64,000 bases of DNA from Myxococcota bacterium (GCA_965223705.1 OZ245015.1:3936001-4000000); one strand, 5' to 3'; counted from the stretch's first letter, positions 30,784-41,322 are shown. Numbers and translations are program-made. The notes: generated from the letters alone by a model not told the origin.

Positions 30784-31670
30784 CGGGCGTGTTGTTGACC
30801 GGGACGACCGGGCTCGTCGGCAGCCGACTCGTTCCGCTTCTCGAACAGCAGGGCCACCGCGTCCGAGGCCTGAGTCGCCGAGCGAGCAAGGATCCGGAGC
30901 GTCTCCAGTGGGACGGGGTCACGCCGCCCGCCGGCGCTTTCGACGACATCGGTGCGGTGATCCACCTCGCGGGGGAGCCGATCTTCGGCAAGCTGCCCAC
31001 TGCCGCACAGCGCAAGCGAATCCTCGAGAGTCGTGTGGCCAGCACGCGCGGTTTTGTCGAAGCGCTGACGCGACTTTCGGAGGCTGCGCGCCCCGAGCTT
31101 TTTCTATGCGCCTCCGCGGTGGGCTATTACGGGGAACGGGGCGACACGACGCTCTCAGAAGACGAAGAACCCGGGGCCACGTTTTCCGCCGAAGTGTGCA
31201 AAGCCTGGGAGGCCGAGGCGATCCGCGCCGAGGCGCTCGGGATTCGAACCGTTCGCTTGCGCATAGGCGTCGTGCTCGCGCGCGAGGGCGGCGCGCTCGC
31301 CATGATGCGCGTGCCTTTCCAGCTCGGACTCGGCGGGCCCCTCGGCAGCGGTGAGCAATGGATGCCGTGGATCCACGTCGACGACCTGTGTCGGGTCGTA
31401 GGCTTTGCCCTCGAAGACCCGCGCTACCGCGGCGCGATCAATGCGGTGGCGCACCCGGTCCGCAACCGCGAGCTCACCGAAGAACTCGCGCACCAACTAA
31501 ACCGCCCGGCGTTCGTGCGCGTTCCCCAGTTCGCGTTGCGCGCCGTACTGGGTCCGCTCGCGAGTGAGCTCCTCGGCAGCCGCCGGGTCGTCCCGACCCG
31601 GCTCGAAGCGCTCGGTTTCGAACATGCGTACCCAGAGCTGCAAGCAGCGCTCTCGAGAGAGCTCGCTTAG
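30780..31670 (+). CDS. TIGR01777/YfcH-family epimerase-like protein
   Basis: TGTTGLVG, IHLAGEPI, SAVGYYG, LRIGVVL, GGPLGSGEQWMPWIHVDD. Confidence 0.88.
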   Translation: MTGVLLTGTTGLVGSRLVPLLEQQGHRVRGLSRRASKDPERLQWDGVTPPAGAFDDIGAVIHLAGEPIFGKLPTAAQRKRILESRVASTRGFVEALTRLSEAARPELFLCASAVGYYGERGDTTLSEDEEPGATFSAEVCKAWEAEAIRAEALGIRTVRLRIGVVLAREGGALAMMRVPFQLGLGGPLGSGEQWMPWIHVDDLCRVVGFALEDPRYRGAINAVAHPVRNRELTEELAHQLNRPAFVRVPQFALRAVLGPLASELLGSRRVVPTRLEALGFEHAYPELQAALSRELA

Positions 31671-33064
31671 CGCAAACTCCGAGAGAGCTGGCGCACGTCG
31701 ACGTAGCGCCTGAGCGCGCGCAAGTTCGGCTGGGTGCCGCGCGAATCGTAGAAGTCGAGCCGGTTCCCCGTGGCGGTCTGCACGTTGACGATGGCGTCGG
31801 ATACGGTCCTCAAATCGCGCGGCTCGGGAACCTCGTCCCAACCGGGGTACCAATCCTGGGCCGCGACATCGCCCAGGTCATCCTCGCTCCAGCGGTGGTT
31901 GTGATAGAGAATTTTCCACAAGGCGCCGGTGCGGTCGTAGGCGAACGAGTAGAGCGGCTCCATGCTCTCGCGATCGATCCAGATGACCTTCTTCGAATAA
32001 GGATGCTCCTCGTCCCGAGGCACCATCTCAATCACCACGGCGTGTCGGCGCTCCCATCGGTCGTTCGCGAACGAGAGTCCCGAAGGTCCGTAGTCGGCGT
32101 CTTCCGTGTACGGGTATCCCTTCACGCGGGTGTTCGTCGGCGCGAGGACCTCGCGTTCCTCGAGGCACTTCCAGCGGTACTGCGGAGGGAGCCCCGAGAA
32201 CGAGAACAGGTCGTCGAAACTGAAATCGGTACCGGCGACGGCGCTGGCCCGCTGACGCTGGGTGATCTTTCGAACGCGACGGACCTCGCGCGAGTAGATC
32301 CAGGTGTCTTCGGGTTTCGCGGTTTCCATGGGCCCGAACGAATCGTGGTAGCGATAGGTCAGCGTGCGCGTCCCGCGTGCCTCGGCCGGCTCGTCGACTT
32401 CGAAGCCGACCACGACCGCGCGCTTCTCGCGCGGGAAGACATCGCCGTCGGTCTCCGCGAACTGGGGCTCCGGCCGATATTTGAGCTGCCACGCGGTCGT
32501 GGTTCCCTGGTAGCTGATGGGGCGGCGCTCACCGCGATCCCAATAGGTGTACTGAAACGAGGCTCGGGCTCCGAAGCCCTCCCAACGGTGCACGAAATTC
32601 CAGATGATCTTGACGCCCGCGTCGGGGTCGTTCGCGCAGTCGAGCTGATCCATCGGGAAGGGCTGGCCTGCGCGGTGCCCGGACAAGCTGCCGTCGGGGC
32701 CGAGCGTCGCGCTCCCCGCGAACCTCGTGGTGGCATCGCGGTAGACGGCGGGGGGGCTGTAGGAGCGGAACGCCGGGCCGATCTGGAGGCGCATACCGGG
32801 ATAGAAAAAGTAGTCCCTGTGTGCCCAGAACGACTCGGGCAAGTAGGGCCTCAAGGCGTCGATTTCCTCGTGGCCGACGACATCGCCTTCAGCGAACGGG
32901 AAGGACGCCCCCGGTTCCGCCGGGGAGACGGGGTTCGCCTCAGCTCCGGCCAGGACCGCCAGTCCCGTGAGAGCGAAAATCGCCGCTGCAAGACGCCACA
33001 ATTTCCCGATCGAGCGACCCGCTCGCGCCACTACCGTGCTCCCTGCGATCCCTGCCCTCGACAC
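31667..33064 (-). CDS. DUF1329 family exported protein
   Basis: GQPFP..DPDAGVKIIWN, WIYSREVRRVR, HPYSKK, AYDRTGALWK; start uncertain. Confidence 0.75.
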   Translation of the reverse strand: MSRAGIAGSTVVARAGRSIGKLWRLAAAIFALTGLAVLAGAEANPVSPAEPGASFPFAEGDVVGHEEIDALRPYLPESFWAHRDYFFYPGMRLQIGPAFRSYSPPAVYRDATTRFAGSATLGPDGSLSGHRAGQPFPMDQLDCANDPDAGVKIIWNFVHRWEGFGARASFQYTYWDRGERRPISYQGTTTAWQLKYRPEPQFAETDGDVFPREKRAVVVGFEVDEPAEARGTRTLTYRYHDSFGPMETAKPEDTWIYSREVRRVRKITQRQRASAVAGTDFSFDDLFSFSGLPPQYRWKCLEEREVLAPTNTRVKGYPYTEDADYGPSGLSFANDRWERRHAVVIEMVPRDEEHPYSKKVIWIDRESMEPLYSFAYDRTGALWKILYHNHRWSEDDLGDVAAQDWYPGWDEVPEPRDLRTVSDAIVNVQTATGNRLDFYDSRGTQPNLRALRRYVDVRQLSRSLR

Positions 33065-33122
33065 GGTGTGAAACCGCCGACGCAGCTCGCGTTGCGGCGG
33101 CCGCCCTCGACCCGCCGGGGGC

Positions 33123-33554
33123 CTATGATACCTGCGGGGAGCGCTCTGGCGAGAAGAGGCCCGGGAGAATGTCCTTCGCCGTAGGATGCGCACTGCCGCG
33201 CGCCACCTCGTGGAAGCGAACGGAGACGGCGAGATCGTTTGCCGCGGGGAATCGAGAGGCAAAGTCAGATCGGACGCGTGCGAGAATCTCCTGCGCCTGC
33301 TCTTCGCCGACGTCGGTCAGGAGCAGGACGGCCCGCTCGCGCGTCAGCGCGAACACGCGGTCTTCGACGCGCAGCGAGGCTTCGACGAAGGCGATGAACT
33401 CGGGCACGAGTAGATCACCCTCTTCTCCTGCGATGCCGACGAACACGGCGGTGAGGTCGTGTTCGCGAATCAGTTCGCCGGCGCGCTCCATCAGCATCCG
33501 GAGGCGGCGGGGGTCTCGTTTGGCAACTTCGGCGTTCGGTTCTATGGCAAGCAC
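33123..33554 (-). CDS. Hypothetical protein, degenerate GGDEF-like fold
   Basis: LRVEDRVFALTRERAVLLLTDVGEEQA follows the GGDEF core pattern without the signature. Confidence 0.55.
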   Translation of the reverse strand: MLAIEPNAEVAKRDPRRLRMLMERAGELIREHDLTAVFVGIAGEEGDLLVPEFIAFVEASLRVEDRVFALTRERAVLLLTDVGEEQAQEILARVRSDFASRFPAANDLAVSVRFHEVARGSAHPTAKDILPGLFSPERSPQVS

Positions 33555-33590
33555 CTGAGCCCTATCGACGGCAATTACCCTCGACTGTAG

Positions 33591-34346
33591 TTATTGCACC
33601 TCGCTTTTGTGAAAAAGCGCGATGGCTGCCGCGACGGCCAGCCCGCTGCCCGCGAGAAGCAACAATGCGTTCCAAACGATGGAAATCTCAGCGGTATCGA
33701 GGAATCCGGCCCGCAGCAAGTCGACGCCGTACGTAAACGGGTTGAGGTAGGCGACCCAGCGCGTCGGGTCCGGAAGAGTCTCGAGGGGATAGAACATGGG
33801 CGATAGGAGGTAGATCGGGACCGTCACCAGGCCGGCGAGCATCCGGAACGACTCGAAGTTCCGCAGGCGCGTCGCCAGCGCGACCCCGAGCGCCACGAAG
33901 AACGCCGTGAGCGCTGTGACCGCGAGGAGTGCCGCGAAGGGTCTCGCCAGCCGGAGATCGGTAAAGAGTGCGAAGACCGCCAGGAGCGTGCCCACCAGGA
34001 GAAGGGAAACCGCGAGCCGCGCCGCGAGCTTCCCGGTGACGACACTACCGCGGGCGATGGGAGCCACGGCGAGCGCCCGCAAGAGCCCGGCCTCGCGGTC
34101 CTGAATGAGACTCATTCCCGCGCCCACGCCGCCGGAGGCGACGACCAGGGCGAGTACGCCCGATGCGAGATGCCCGACGTAGCTCGCTCCGCTGGGGAGC
34201 GAGACGACATCGTTCAGGCCGAAGCCGATCAGGGCAATGACCGCCAGGGGAAAGATCAGCTGCCCGAGCCAGTACGCCCGATCGCGCCGGTAGTGGAGCC
34301 ACTCGCGCCAAAAGATGGTCGCCGCATCGATCACGAGCGCGCTCAC
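33591..34346 (-). CDS. ABC-2 type transporter permease
   Basis: DREAGLLRALAVAPI..GK, FYPLETLP, NPFTYGVDLLR; multiple TM helices. Confidence 0.88.
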   Translation of the reverse strand: MSALVIDAATIFWREWLHYRRDRAYWLGQLIFPLAVIALIGFGLNDVVSLPSGASYVGHLASGVLALVVASGGVGAGMSLIQDREAGLLRALAVAPIARGSVVTGKLAARLAVSLLLVGTLLAVFALFTDLRLARPFAALLAVTALTAFFVALGVALATRLRNFESFRMLAGLVTVPIYLLSPMFYPLETLPDPTRWVAYLNPFTYGVDLLRAGFLDTAEISIVWNALLLLAGSGLAVAAAIALFHKSEVQ

Positions 34347-35326
34347 GGTGTGCTCGCTTCGGCAGCTTCGAAGGTGTGCCCCGTGTGGTGCAGGAACACG
34401 TTCTCGAGCGTCGGGCGCTCGAGATGTACTTCGAGCACCCGAAATGGACGAAGCCCGTCGAGGAGACCGGGCAAGCGTTCTGGGCCGTTTTCGATCAGGA
34501 TGCGGAGCACCGCCGCCCCGTCGTCTTCTTCTTCCCGCTCGACCGACACCACGCCGGCGAGACCCCGGAGCCGCTCCGCGATGCCGTCGGCCTTGGCGAG
34601 GCGAATGCGGACCACATCGCCGCCGAGCTCCGCTTTGAGGGCTTCGGGCGTTCCCGTCGCGACAATCTTGCCGCCGTCCAAGATGGCCAGGCGATCGCAG
34701 AGCGCGTCGGCTTCCTCCATGGCATGGGTCGTGAGAAAGACCGTCGTCTGCGCTCGCGTGAGCGCTCCGATCTGATCCCACACCGCTCGCCGAGCCGCGA
34801 CGTCGAGACCGAGGGTCGGCTCATCGAGAAAGAGGAGTCGCGGCTGCGGAAGCATGCCTCGGGCGATTTCGAGGCGCCGCGCCATGCCGCCCGAGAACCC
34901 GCGCACCGGCCGATCGGCGGCGTCGAGGAGGCCCGCGGACGCAAGCGCGCCCTCGACACGTGCCGCGCGATTCTCGAGATGATAGAGACGCGCGTGGAAC
35001 GCCAGATGCTCCCGCGCCGAGAGTTCCCGATCGAGGCAGTTCTCCTGAAAAACGATGCCGATCTGGCGTCGCACGGCCGCGCGTTCCCGGGCGGCGTCGT
35101 CGCCGAACACGCGCGCGGCGCCGGTGTCGGCGCGGAGAAGCGTCGCTCCGATACCGACCGCCGTGCTCTTGCCGGCACCATTCGGCCCGAGCAACCCGAA
35201 GCACCCCCCCTCGGGCACCGAGAGCGACAGGTCGACCAACGCCCGGACCGCACCGTAGTGCTTGCTGACGTTCTCAAAGACCAACGCGGGGGGTGCCGCT
35301 TGATGCCTGGCAGAGTCGGTTTTCAC
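34343..35326 (-). CDS. ABC transporter ATP-binding protein (DrrA-like)
   Basis: GPNGAGKST, FSGGM, LFLDEPT, TTH. Confidence 0.92.
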   Translation of the reverse strand: MKTDSARHQAAPPALVFENVSKHYGAVRALVDLSLSVPEGGCFGLLGPNGAGKSTAVGIGATLLRADTGAARVFGDDAARERAAVRRQIGIVFQENCLDRELSAREHLAFHARLYHLENRAARVEGALASAGLLDAADRPVRGFSGGMARRLEIARGMLPQPRLLFLDEPTLGLDVAARRAVWDQIGALTRAQTTVFLTTHAMEEADALCDRLAILDGGKIVATGTPEALKAELGGDVVRIRLAKADGIAERLRGLAGVVSVEREEEDDGAAVLRILIENGPERLPGLLDGLRPFRVLEVHLERPTLENVFLHHTGHTFEAAEASTP

Positions 35327-35348
35327 ACGGTGCTCGTACGGGCCCGCG

Positions 35349-36260
35349 ATGCTAGAAGACTGGACTCCGATGCGCGATGAGAACTCGACACAAAGCGCGG
35401 GGCATCTACCCGCGGCGATCTACTTCCTGGTCGCCACCACCACCGGACTCATCGTGTTGGGGGCTCTGGTGCGGGCTCACGAGGCCGGGCTCGCGTGTCC
35501 GGATTGGCCGCTCTGTTTCGGCGAGGTCATCCCGGAGATGGACCTCAAGATCGCCTTCGAATGGAGCCACCGCGCCCTGGCCGGCAGCGTTTCGCTGGTT
35601 TTTGCCGGAATCCTGTGGTTTTGCTGGCGTAAACCGGAGTTGTGGCGGCGCACGCGGATCCCGTTGTGCTTCGCGGCCGTGCTGCTCGCCGTCCAGATCA
35701 TCTTGGGCGCGCTCACGGTCTGGCAGCTCTTGGCGGCCTGGACCGTCACGGCGCACCTCCTGACCGGCAACGCGTTCAACGTCGCGCTCTCCCTCGCGGC
35801 GCACCGCAGCCGAGCTCCCCGCCCCCATCCGGTCGCCGCGCCCCGGGCGGCGCGCACGATAGGAGCCGTCGCCGTCGCCCTCCTGGTCCTACAAGTCGCG
35901 CTCGGCGGTCTCGTTTCGTCGACGTTCGCCGGCCTCGCCTGCCCGGAGTGGCCGGCTTGTAGCGGCGGTGAGTTTCTCCCGTCATTCGAGGGTTCGGTCG
36001 GCCTCCACTTGGCCCACCGTTGGAACCCGGTGCTGCTCGTCGCCGCCCTCGCCCTGGCCGCCATTTTTTCGCGGGGTACGGCGGGCGGCCGTTGGTGGCT
36101 CGGGGCGCTTTGCCTCGCCCTGTTGCAATGGGGGGTCGGGATCGCGAATGTCGCCTTCGCCCTGGCGGTCGAGGTCACCGCGCTTCATTCGGGGATCGCC
36201 GCGCTGCTCATTCTCTGCGAAGCTCGGGCGCTTCACGACAGTTTCTACCGGGAGTCATAG
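35349..36260 (+). CDS. ctaA: Heme A synthase COX15/CtaA
   Basis: GALVR..EAGLACPDWPLC, EWSHR, HL, second GLACPEWPAC, HLAHR. Confidence 0.88.
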   Translation: MLEDWTPMRDENSTQSAGHLPAAIYFLVATTTGLIVLGALVRAHEAGLACPDWPLCFGEVIPEMDLKIAFEWSHRALAGSVSLVFAGILWFCWRKPELWRRTRIPLCFAAVLLAVQIILGALTVWQLLAAWTVTAHLLTGNAFNVALSLAAHRSRAPRPHPVAAPRAARTIGAVAVALLVLQVALGGLVSSTFAGLACPEWPACSGGEFLPSFEGSVGLHLAHRWNPVLLVAALALAAIFSRGTAGGRWWLGALCLALLQWGVGIANVAFALAVEVTALHSGIAALLILCEARALHDSFYRES

Positions 36261-36262
36261 CC

Positions 36263-36742
36263 ATGCGCGCGTTCGAGGTTTTTTCCGCGATGGATCCGGA
36301 GCACGGAGAAGCCGTGCTCGCGGAAATCGCGAGCCACGCGCCCGGCGTCTACGCGCAAGCGATGGCCGTCGTGGGCGCGACGCTCAATACAAGACCGCAG
36401 TACATTTTGAAGCAAACGCCCGGAAAGCGCGCTGACATGATCCGGAAGGTGCTCGGCCGTGTCCGCTCGAACGATATGGCGGAGGAAGTGCTGGCCACGT
36501 ATTTCATCGATGTGCGGAAGGACCTCCTGGTCGAGTGGCTCGACCTTCTGGGACTCGCGCACGAAGAAGGCGTCCTACAGAGCGAGGAACCCGAATCTCC
36601 CGGGGGCGAAAAGATCGCCTCGGCGGTCGCGGATTTCCGCAAACCCGAGGATGCCACCCACGCGGATCGGGAGCTCTTGCTGCGCGCGTTCGCGGCGCAG
36701 CGCGCGGTCGATTGGCCGGAGCTCGAAGCGCTTCTCGCCTAG
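36263..36742 (+). CDS. Conserved hypothetical protein
   Basis: ATG 3 nt after ctaA stop; host-like codon usage; WLDLLGLAHEEG. Confidence 0.65.
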   Translation: MRAFEVFSAMDPEHGEAVLAEIASHAPGVYAQAMAVVGATLNTRPQYILKQTPGKRADMIRKVLGRVRSNDMAEEVLATYFIDVRKDLLVEWLDLLGLAHEEGVLQSEEPESPGGEKIASAVADFRKPEDATHADRELLLRAFAAQRAVDWPELEALLA

Positions 36743-37644
36743 CTCTTCAGCATGTCGACGAGCATCTTCATCTCGTCGCCGATGCCGCCGGGGATGATGA
36801 AGGTCTCGGTGTCGCGGATCGCATCCATCTGATTCATCACTTCTTCGGCGCTGGGTTTCGCGGCCTTCCCCGCGTACCAACCCGGCGTGAGGCCGACGAA
36901 CATCCGCGCGAAGCGTCCCCCACCCACGGAAAAAACCTCATGGGTCACGTCGCACGCTTCGGACACCAAGTAGACGACGAGGGGTGTCACACACTCCGGA
37001 TCGAGCGCTTCGGCCAAGGGGCCGAGCAGACTCTCCGTCATCCGCGTGCGCGCGATCGGCGCGATCGCGTTCGCTTTGATGTCGTATTTCGCCCCTTCTT
37101 GAGCGAGGACGTGCGCCAACCCGACGAGACCCATTTTTGCAGCGCCGTAGTTCGACTGACCGAAGTTGCCGAGCAGACCCGCCGCGGAGGACGTGAAGAC
37201 GAAACGTCCGAAACCATTCTCTTTCATCGCCCGGAAAGCCGGCTGCGAAACGTAGAACGCGCCCTTCAAGTGCACGTCGAGGACGATCTCGAGTTCTTCG
37301 GGCGTGAGTTTCGTGAAGCTCTTGTCGCGCAAGACACCGGCGTTGTTGATCACGGCGTCGACGCGACCGAACGCGTCGAGCGCGGACTGCACGATGGCTT
37401 CGCCACCTTCCGGCGTGGAGACGGAATCGTAGTTCGCGACAGCGGCGCCGCCGGCTTTTTCGATTTCTTCGACGCAGGCGTCCGCCATGTTGCTGCCCGA
37501 GCCCGACCCGTCCACCGAGCCGCCCAAGTCGTTGACGAGGATCTGCGCCCCGCGGCGGGCGAGCTCTAACGCGTAGGTCTTCCCGAGCCCGCCACCAGCG
37601 CCGGTCACCACGACCACGCGTCCATCGAAACGAAGTTCTGCCAT
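36739..37644 (-). CDS. SDR oxidoreductase (MFE-2 / hydroxyacyl-CoA dehydrogenase-like)
   Basis: LRFDGRVVVVTGAGGGLG, VNDLG, NNAGVLRD, GNFGQSNYGAAKMG. Confidence 0.9.
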   Translation of the reverse strand: MAELRFDGRVVVVTGAGGGLGKTYALELARRGAQILVNDLGGSVDGSGSGSNMADACVEEIEKAGGAAVANYDSVSTPEGGEAIVQSALDAFGRVDAVINNAGVLRDKSFTKLTPEELEIVLDVHLKGAFYVSQPAFRAMKENGFGRFVFTSSAAGLLGNFGQSNYGAAKMGLVGLAHVLAQEGAKYDIKANAIAPIARTRMTESLLGPLAEALDPECVTPLVVYLVSEACDVTHEVFSVGGGRFARMFVGLTPGWYAGKAAKPSAEEVMNQMDAIRDTETFIIPGGIGDEMKMLVDMLKS

Positions 37645-37698
37645 GCCGTCCTCCCAAAAACGAGGCTGCACTGTAGCGCGGAACGCCGGTGCTTTGGG

Positions 37699-38487
37699 CT
37701 AGGCGAAGCGATCGGCGCCTGCGCCAGACGCCCTGCGGAGCCACGATCGCGGCGTCAGGCGGGCCAGACGGTAGAGCGCGCGGTAGCGCTTGCCGGGGAT
37801 GCAGAGCAGCTCGTCCCGAGCGAGGGCGGAAAGCGATGCTTCGACCACGGATTCCGGGCTAAGCCAAGCGAACGCCGGGATCTTCGACGCATCGATCCCG
37901 GCCCGCCGCTGAAATTCCGTGCGCGTGAAGCCCGGGAGCAGAGCTTGAACCCGGACGCCGCGACCCCGAACTTCCTCGTGCAGCGATTCCGAGAAATGCG
38001 TGAGGAACGCCTTCGATGCACCGTACGTCGCCGAGCGCGGCGACGGCGTCTCTCCGGCGAGAGACGACACGTTGATCACGGCACCGAGGCCGCGCTGCAG
38101 CATACCGGGCAAGCAAGCCCGCGCGAGACGCAGCGGTGCGATGACGTTCGTGTGCACTTCTCGCGCTTCTTCATCGGGCGAGCTCTCCGCGAAAGGGCCG
38201 TAGGTACCGAACCCGGCGTTGTTCACCAGCAGATCGATCGGCCGTCCCGCGAGCTGCGAGCACAACGCGCGGCACGCCTCTTCCCGTGACAGGTCACAGG
38301 CCATGATCTCGACCGCGAGCCCCGGCGTCTGCGCCCTGAGCTCTTCGGCCAGACCGTTCAAGCGCTCTGTGTCTCGGGAGATCAGAACGAGCGAGCGAAG
38401 CGATGGAGCCAATCGGATCGCGAACGCGCGGCCGATTCCCACCGAAGCGCCGGTGACCGCCGCCGCCTCTCCCACGTGGAACTGCAT
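37699..38487 (-). CDS. SDR family oxidoreductase
   Basis: TGASVGIG, LVNNAGFG, YGASKAF, PGFTRTEF. Confidence 0.88.
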   Translation of the reverse strand: MQFHVGEAAAVTGASVGIGRAFAIRLAPSLRSLVLISRDTERLNGLAEELRAQTPGLAVEIMACDLSREEACRALCSQLAGRPIDLLVNNAGFGTYGPFAESSPDEEAREVHTNVIAPLRLARACLPGMLQRGLGAVINVSSLAGETPSPRSATYGASKAFLTHFSESLHEEVRGRGVRVQALLPGFTRTEFQRRAGIDASKIPAFAWLSPESVVEASLSALARDELLCIPGKRYRALYRLARLTPRSWLRRASGAGADRFA

Positions 38488-38583
38488 TTCTTGCCTCTCT
38501 CGTAACCCAGCGACTTTTTGGAGCGTAATGCGGTTCGAGATCGCGGAAAAGAAGGAAGAGGCCACCTACCGTTGGAACACGCC

Positions 38584-39315
38584 ATGGAATCGCTCGAAGA
38601 AATCGACGCCCCGCTCCCGCCGAAGAACCGCTGGTTGCGCATGGGAGCGATCGCGCTGGGGATTATCGCGATCGTGCTCCTCGCTCGAGAGGCCGGCGGC
38701 TATGTCCCGCGTTTTGCCGATTGGGTCGGCTCTCTCGGCTTTTGGGGTCCCGTCGTCTTCGTCCTGGGGTACGCCGCAGCGGTCGTCGCCTTGATTCCCG
38801 CTTCGGCGCTGACCCTCGCCGCGGGTGCCGTCTTCGGCTTGGGGTGGGGTGCGTTGTACGTGTTCATCGCCGCGGTCCTCGGGTCGACGGCGGCACTCCT
38901 CACTGCACGCTACCTCGCCCGCGGCTCGATCGAGCGACGCATCGCGGGCGACGCGCGTTTCCTGGCCATCGACCGCGCCATCGAGGAGCAGGGGAGAAAG
39001 ATCGTCTTCCTCTTGCGGCTCACGCCCGCGGTGCCTTTCGGCCTCCTCAACTATGCGCTGGGACTCACGAGAGTCCGCGTCGTCGACACGTTGATCGCGT
39101 CCGTCGGGATGCTCCCGGGAACCCTCCTTTACGTGTACGGAGGGAAGGTCGCGGGGGACGTCGCGGCGGCTGCCTCAGGATCGGGCGAAGGACGAAGCCC
39201 GGCCGAGCTCGCGCTCTTGGCCGTCGGCTTCGTCGCCACGATCGCCGTGACCGTTCTCGTGACGCGCATCGCCCGCAAGGCCCTCGCGGAAGCGACGGAA
39301 GGATCGGAGTCATAG
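38584..39315 (+). CDS. TVP38/TMEM64 (DedA superfamily) membrane protein
   Basis: LTLAAGAVFG, LLRLTPAVPFGLLNYALG, GMLPGT. Confidence 0.88.
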   Translation: MESLEEIDAPLPPKNRWLRMGAIALGIIAIVLLAREAGGYVPRFADWVGSLGFWGPVVFVLGYAAAVVALIPASALTLAAGAVFGLGWGALYVFIAAVLGSTAALLTARYLARGSIERRIAGDARFLAIDRAIEEQGRKIVFLLRLTPAVPFGLLNYALGLTRVRVVDTLIASVGMLPGTLLYVYGGKVAGDVAAAASGSGEGRSPAELALLAVGFVATIAVTVLVTRIARKALAEATEGSES

Positions 39316-40836
39316 ATGCCCTCGCCTCGCGTTCTACCGGAAGACGCGTTCAACCGAACCCTCGTCGAACACGTCCATCCGCCGGACTGGAAGAACCCGA
39401 CGCCGTCCGGGCGCTACAACCTCGTCGTCATCGGCGCGGGTAGCGCGGGCTTGATCTCTGCGCTTGTCGCATCGAGCCTCGGCGCGAAGGTCGCACTCAT
39501 CGAACGACACCTCATGGGCGGTGATTGTCTCAACGTGGGGTGCGTCCCGAGTAAGGCGTTGATACGCCAAGCGCGGCGCGTCGCCGAAGCGCGAGGACTC
39601 GGTCCACTCGGGATGGCTCCGCCCGTCGAGCAGCTCCCGGATTTCGATGCCGCGATGCGACGCGTACGGGAGGTCCGCGCAACCATCAGCCCCGAAGACT
39701 CGGCCGAGCGCTACCGCGACGAGTTCGGCATCGATGTCTTCTTGGGCAACGCGCGTTTCGAGAGTGGCGACGAGATCTCGGTCGACGGTGCTCGTCTGCG
39801 CTTTGCGAAGGCGGTGATCGCCACCGGCGGACGCCCCGTCGCCCCTCCGATCGAGGGCCTCGCGGAAGCCGGCTACCTGACGAACGAGACACTCTTCGAG
39901 AAAACAGCGCGTCCCGGCCGCTTCGGCGTGGTGGGCTCAGGGCCCATCGGTGTCGAGATGGCGCAGGCCTTCCAACGACTGGGGAGCGCCGTCACGATCT
40001 TTGAGAAGGCGGACCAAGTACTGACGCGCGAAGATCCCGACGCCGCTGCCATTGTCCAGCGTGCGCTGGTTCGCGACGGCGTCGATCTACGCCTAGGACG
40101 CGGCGTCGTCCGGATCGAAAAGAAAGGCGACGAGCGGATCGTGCACGTCGCGAGCGGCGACGGAGTCGAGTCGCAAGTGGCGGTCGACGAGCTGCTCGTC
40201 GCCGTCGGTCGCACACCCAACGTCGAAGACCTCGGCTTGGAGCGCGTGGGCGTCGAGGTCAACCGCCGCGGCATCGTGGTCGACGACAACCTCCGGACGA
40301 CAAACCCGCGCATCTTCGCCGCGGGCGACGTGGCACTTCGCTGGCAGTTTACGCACGCCGCCGACGCGGCTGCGAAGATCGTCGTTCAAAACGCGCTGTT
40401 CTTCGGCCGAAAGAAGGTCTCTTCACTCGTCATGCCGTGGTGCACCTACACCGATCCGGAAATCGCCCATGTCGGCATGTACGCGTCGGATGCGGAAGCC
40501 GCGGGCATCGAGATCGACACGTATCAGGTTCCGCTCGAACGCAACAACCGCGCGGTCACCGACGGCGAAGAAGAAGGCTTTGTGAAAGTCCACACAAAGA
40601 AGGGCAAGGACACGATCGTCGGGGCGACCGTCGTGGCCTCTCACGCCGGGGACATGATCTCGGAGTTCACGTTGGCGATCACGCAGGGAGTTGGCCTGGG
40701 CGCGTTTACGAACGTGATCCACCCCTACCCGACCCAGGCCGAAGCGATCAAGGCGGTGGCCGGTGCCTTCACCAAGACCCGCCTCACGCCGGGACTCAAA
40801 CGTGTCTTCAAAGCGTTGATGCGCCTGCGGCGCTGA
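39316..40836 (+). CDS. Pyridine nucleotide-disulfide oxidoreductase (MerA/LpdA-like)
   Basis: GAGSAG, GGDCLNVGCVPSK, GSGPIG, AAGD, FTHAA, HPYPT. Confidence 0.88.
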   Translation: MPSPRVLPEDAFNRTLVEHVHPPDWKNPTPSGRYNLVVIGAGSAGLISALVASSLGAKVALIERHLMGGDCLNVGCVPSKALIRQARRVAEARGLGPLGMAPPVEQLPDFDAAMRRVREVRATISPEDSAERYRDEFGIDVFLGNARFESGDEISVDGARLRFAKAVIATGGRPVAPPIEGLAEAGYLTNETLFEKTARPGRFGVVGSGPIGVEMAQAFQRLGSAVTIFEKADQVLTREDPDAAAIVQRALVRDGVDLRLGRGVVRIEKKGDERIVHVASGDGVESQVAVDELLVAVGRTPNVEDLGLERVGVEVNRRGIVVDDNLRTTNPRIFAAGDVALRWQFTHAADAAAKIVVQNALFFGRKKVSSLVMPWCTYTDPEIAHVGMYASDAEAAGIEIDTYQVPLERNNRAVTDGEEEGFVKVHTKKGKDTIVGATVVASHAGDMISEFTLAITQGVGLGAFTNVIHPYPTQAEAIKAVAGAFTKTRLTPGLKRVFKALMRLRR

Positions 40837-40840
40837 GCCC

Positions 40841-41206
40841 CTACAGGAGCTCGAGAACGTCTTCCGGAGGGCGACCGATCGCCGCGCGATCGCCGGTCAC
40901 AAAGATCGGGCGCTCCATCAGGATGGGATTCGCGGCGACGGCGCGCGCGAGCTCCGCGTCGGACGATTCCGAGGACAGTCCCGCCTCGGCAAACGCCGAC
41001 TCCTTTGTGCGGACGAACTCGTGGAGCGGGCGACCGAGCCGTGCCGCGACCGCTTCGAGCTCGGCCTCGTCGAGAGGCTCGTCGAGATAGAGCCGCACAT
41101 CGAACCCCGCGCCGCGCTCTTCGAGAAGCTCCTTGGTGCGGCGACTCTTCGAGCAACGCGGATTGTGAAGAAGAACCGGTCGATCTCCAGGGGACGGTAA
41201 GAACAT
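40841..41206 (-). CDS. arsC: ArsC/Spx family (glutaredoxin-type arsenate reductase-like)
   Basis: HNPRCSKSR, PILMERPI, IGRPPE. Confidence 0.82.
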   Translation of the reverse strand: MFLPSPGDRPVLLHNPRCSKSRRTKELLEERGAGFDVRLYLDEPLDEAELEAVAARLGRPLHEFVRTKESAFAEAGLSSESSDAELARAVAANPILMERPIFVTGDRAAIGRPPEDVLELL

Positions 41207-41322
41207 GCCGCGACGTTAGCTCGGTGAGAATAAAAGCTGAATAGTCGCCGACCGACCCTCCCGGACCCGTCCCGCGTTAATCTCCGCTGTCGAAGCCGTT
41301 GCCCGAGAAGCCGAGGAGAGAC

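Noticed and set aside
39316..41206. Mercury/arsenic resistance island
   Set aside because: The reductase lacks the C-terminal Cys-Cys pair of MerA, and no merR/T/P, arsR/B or mobility genes are present
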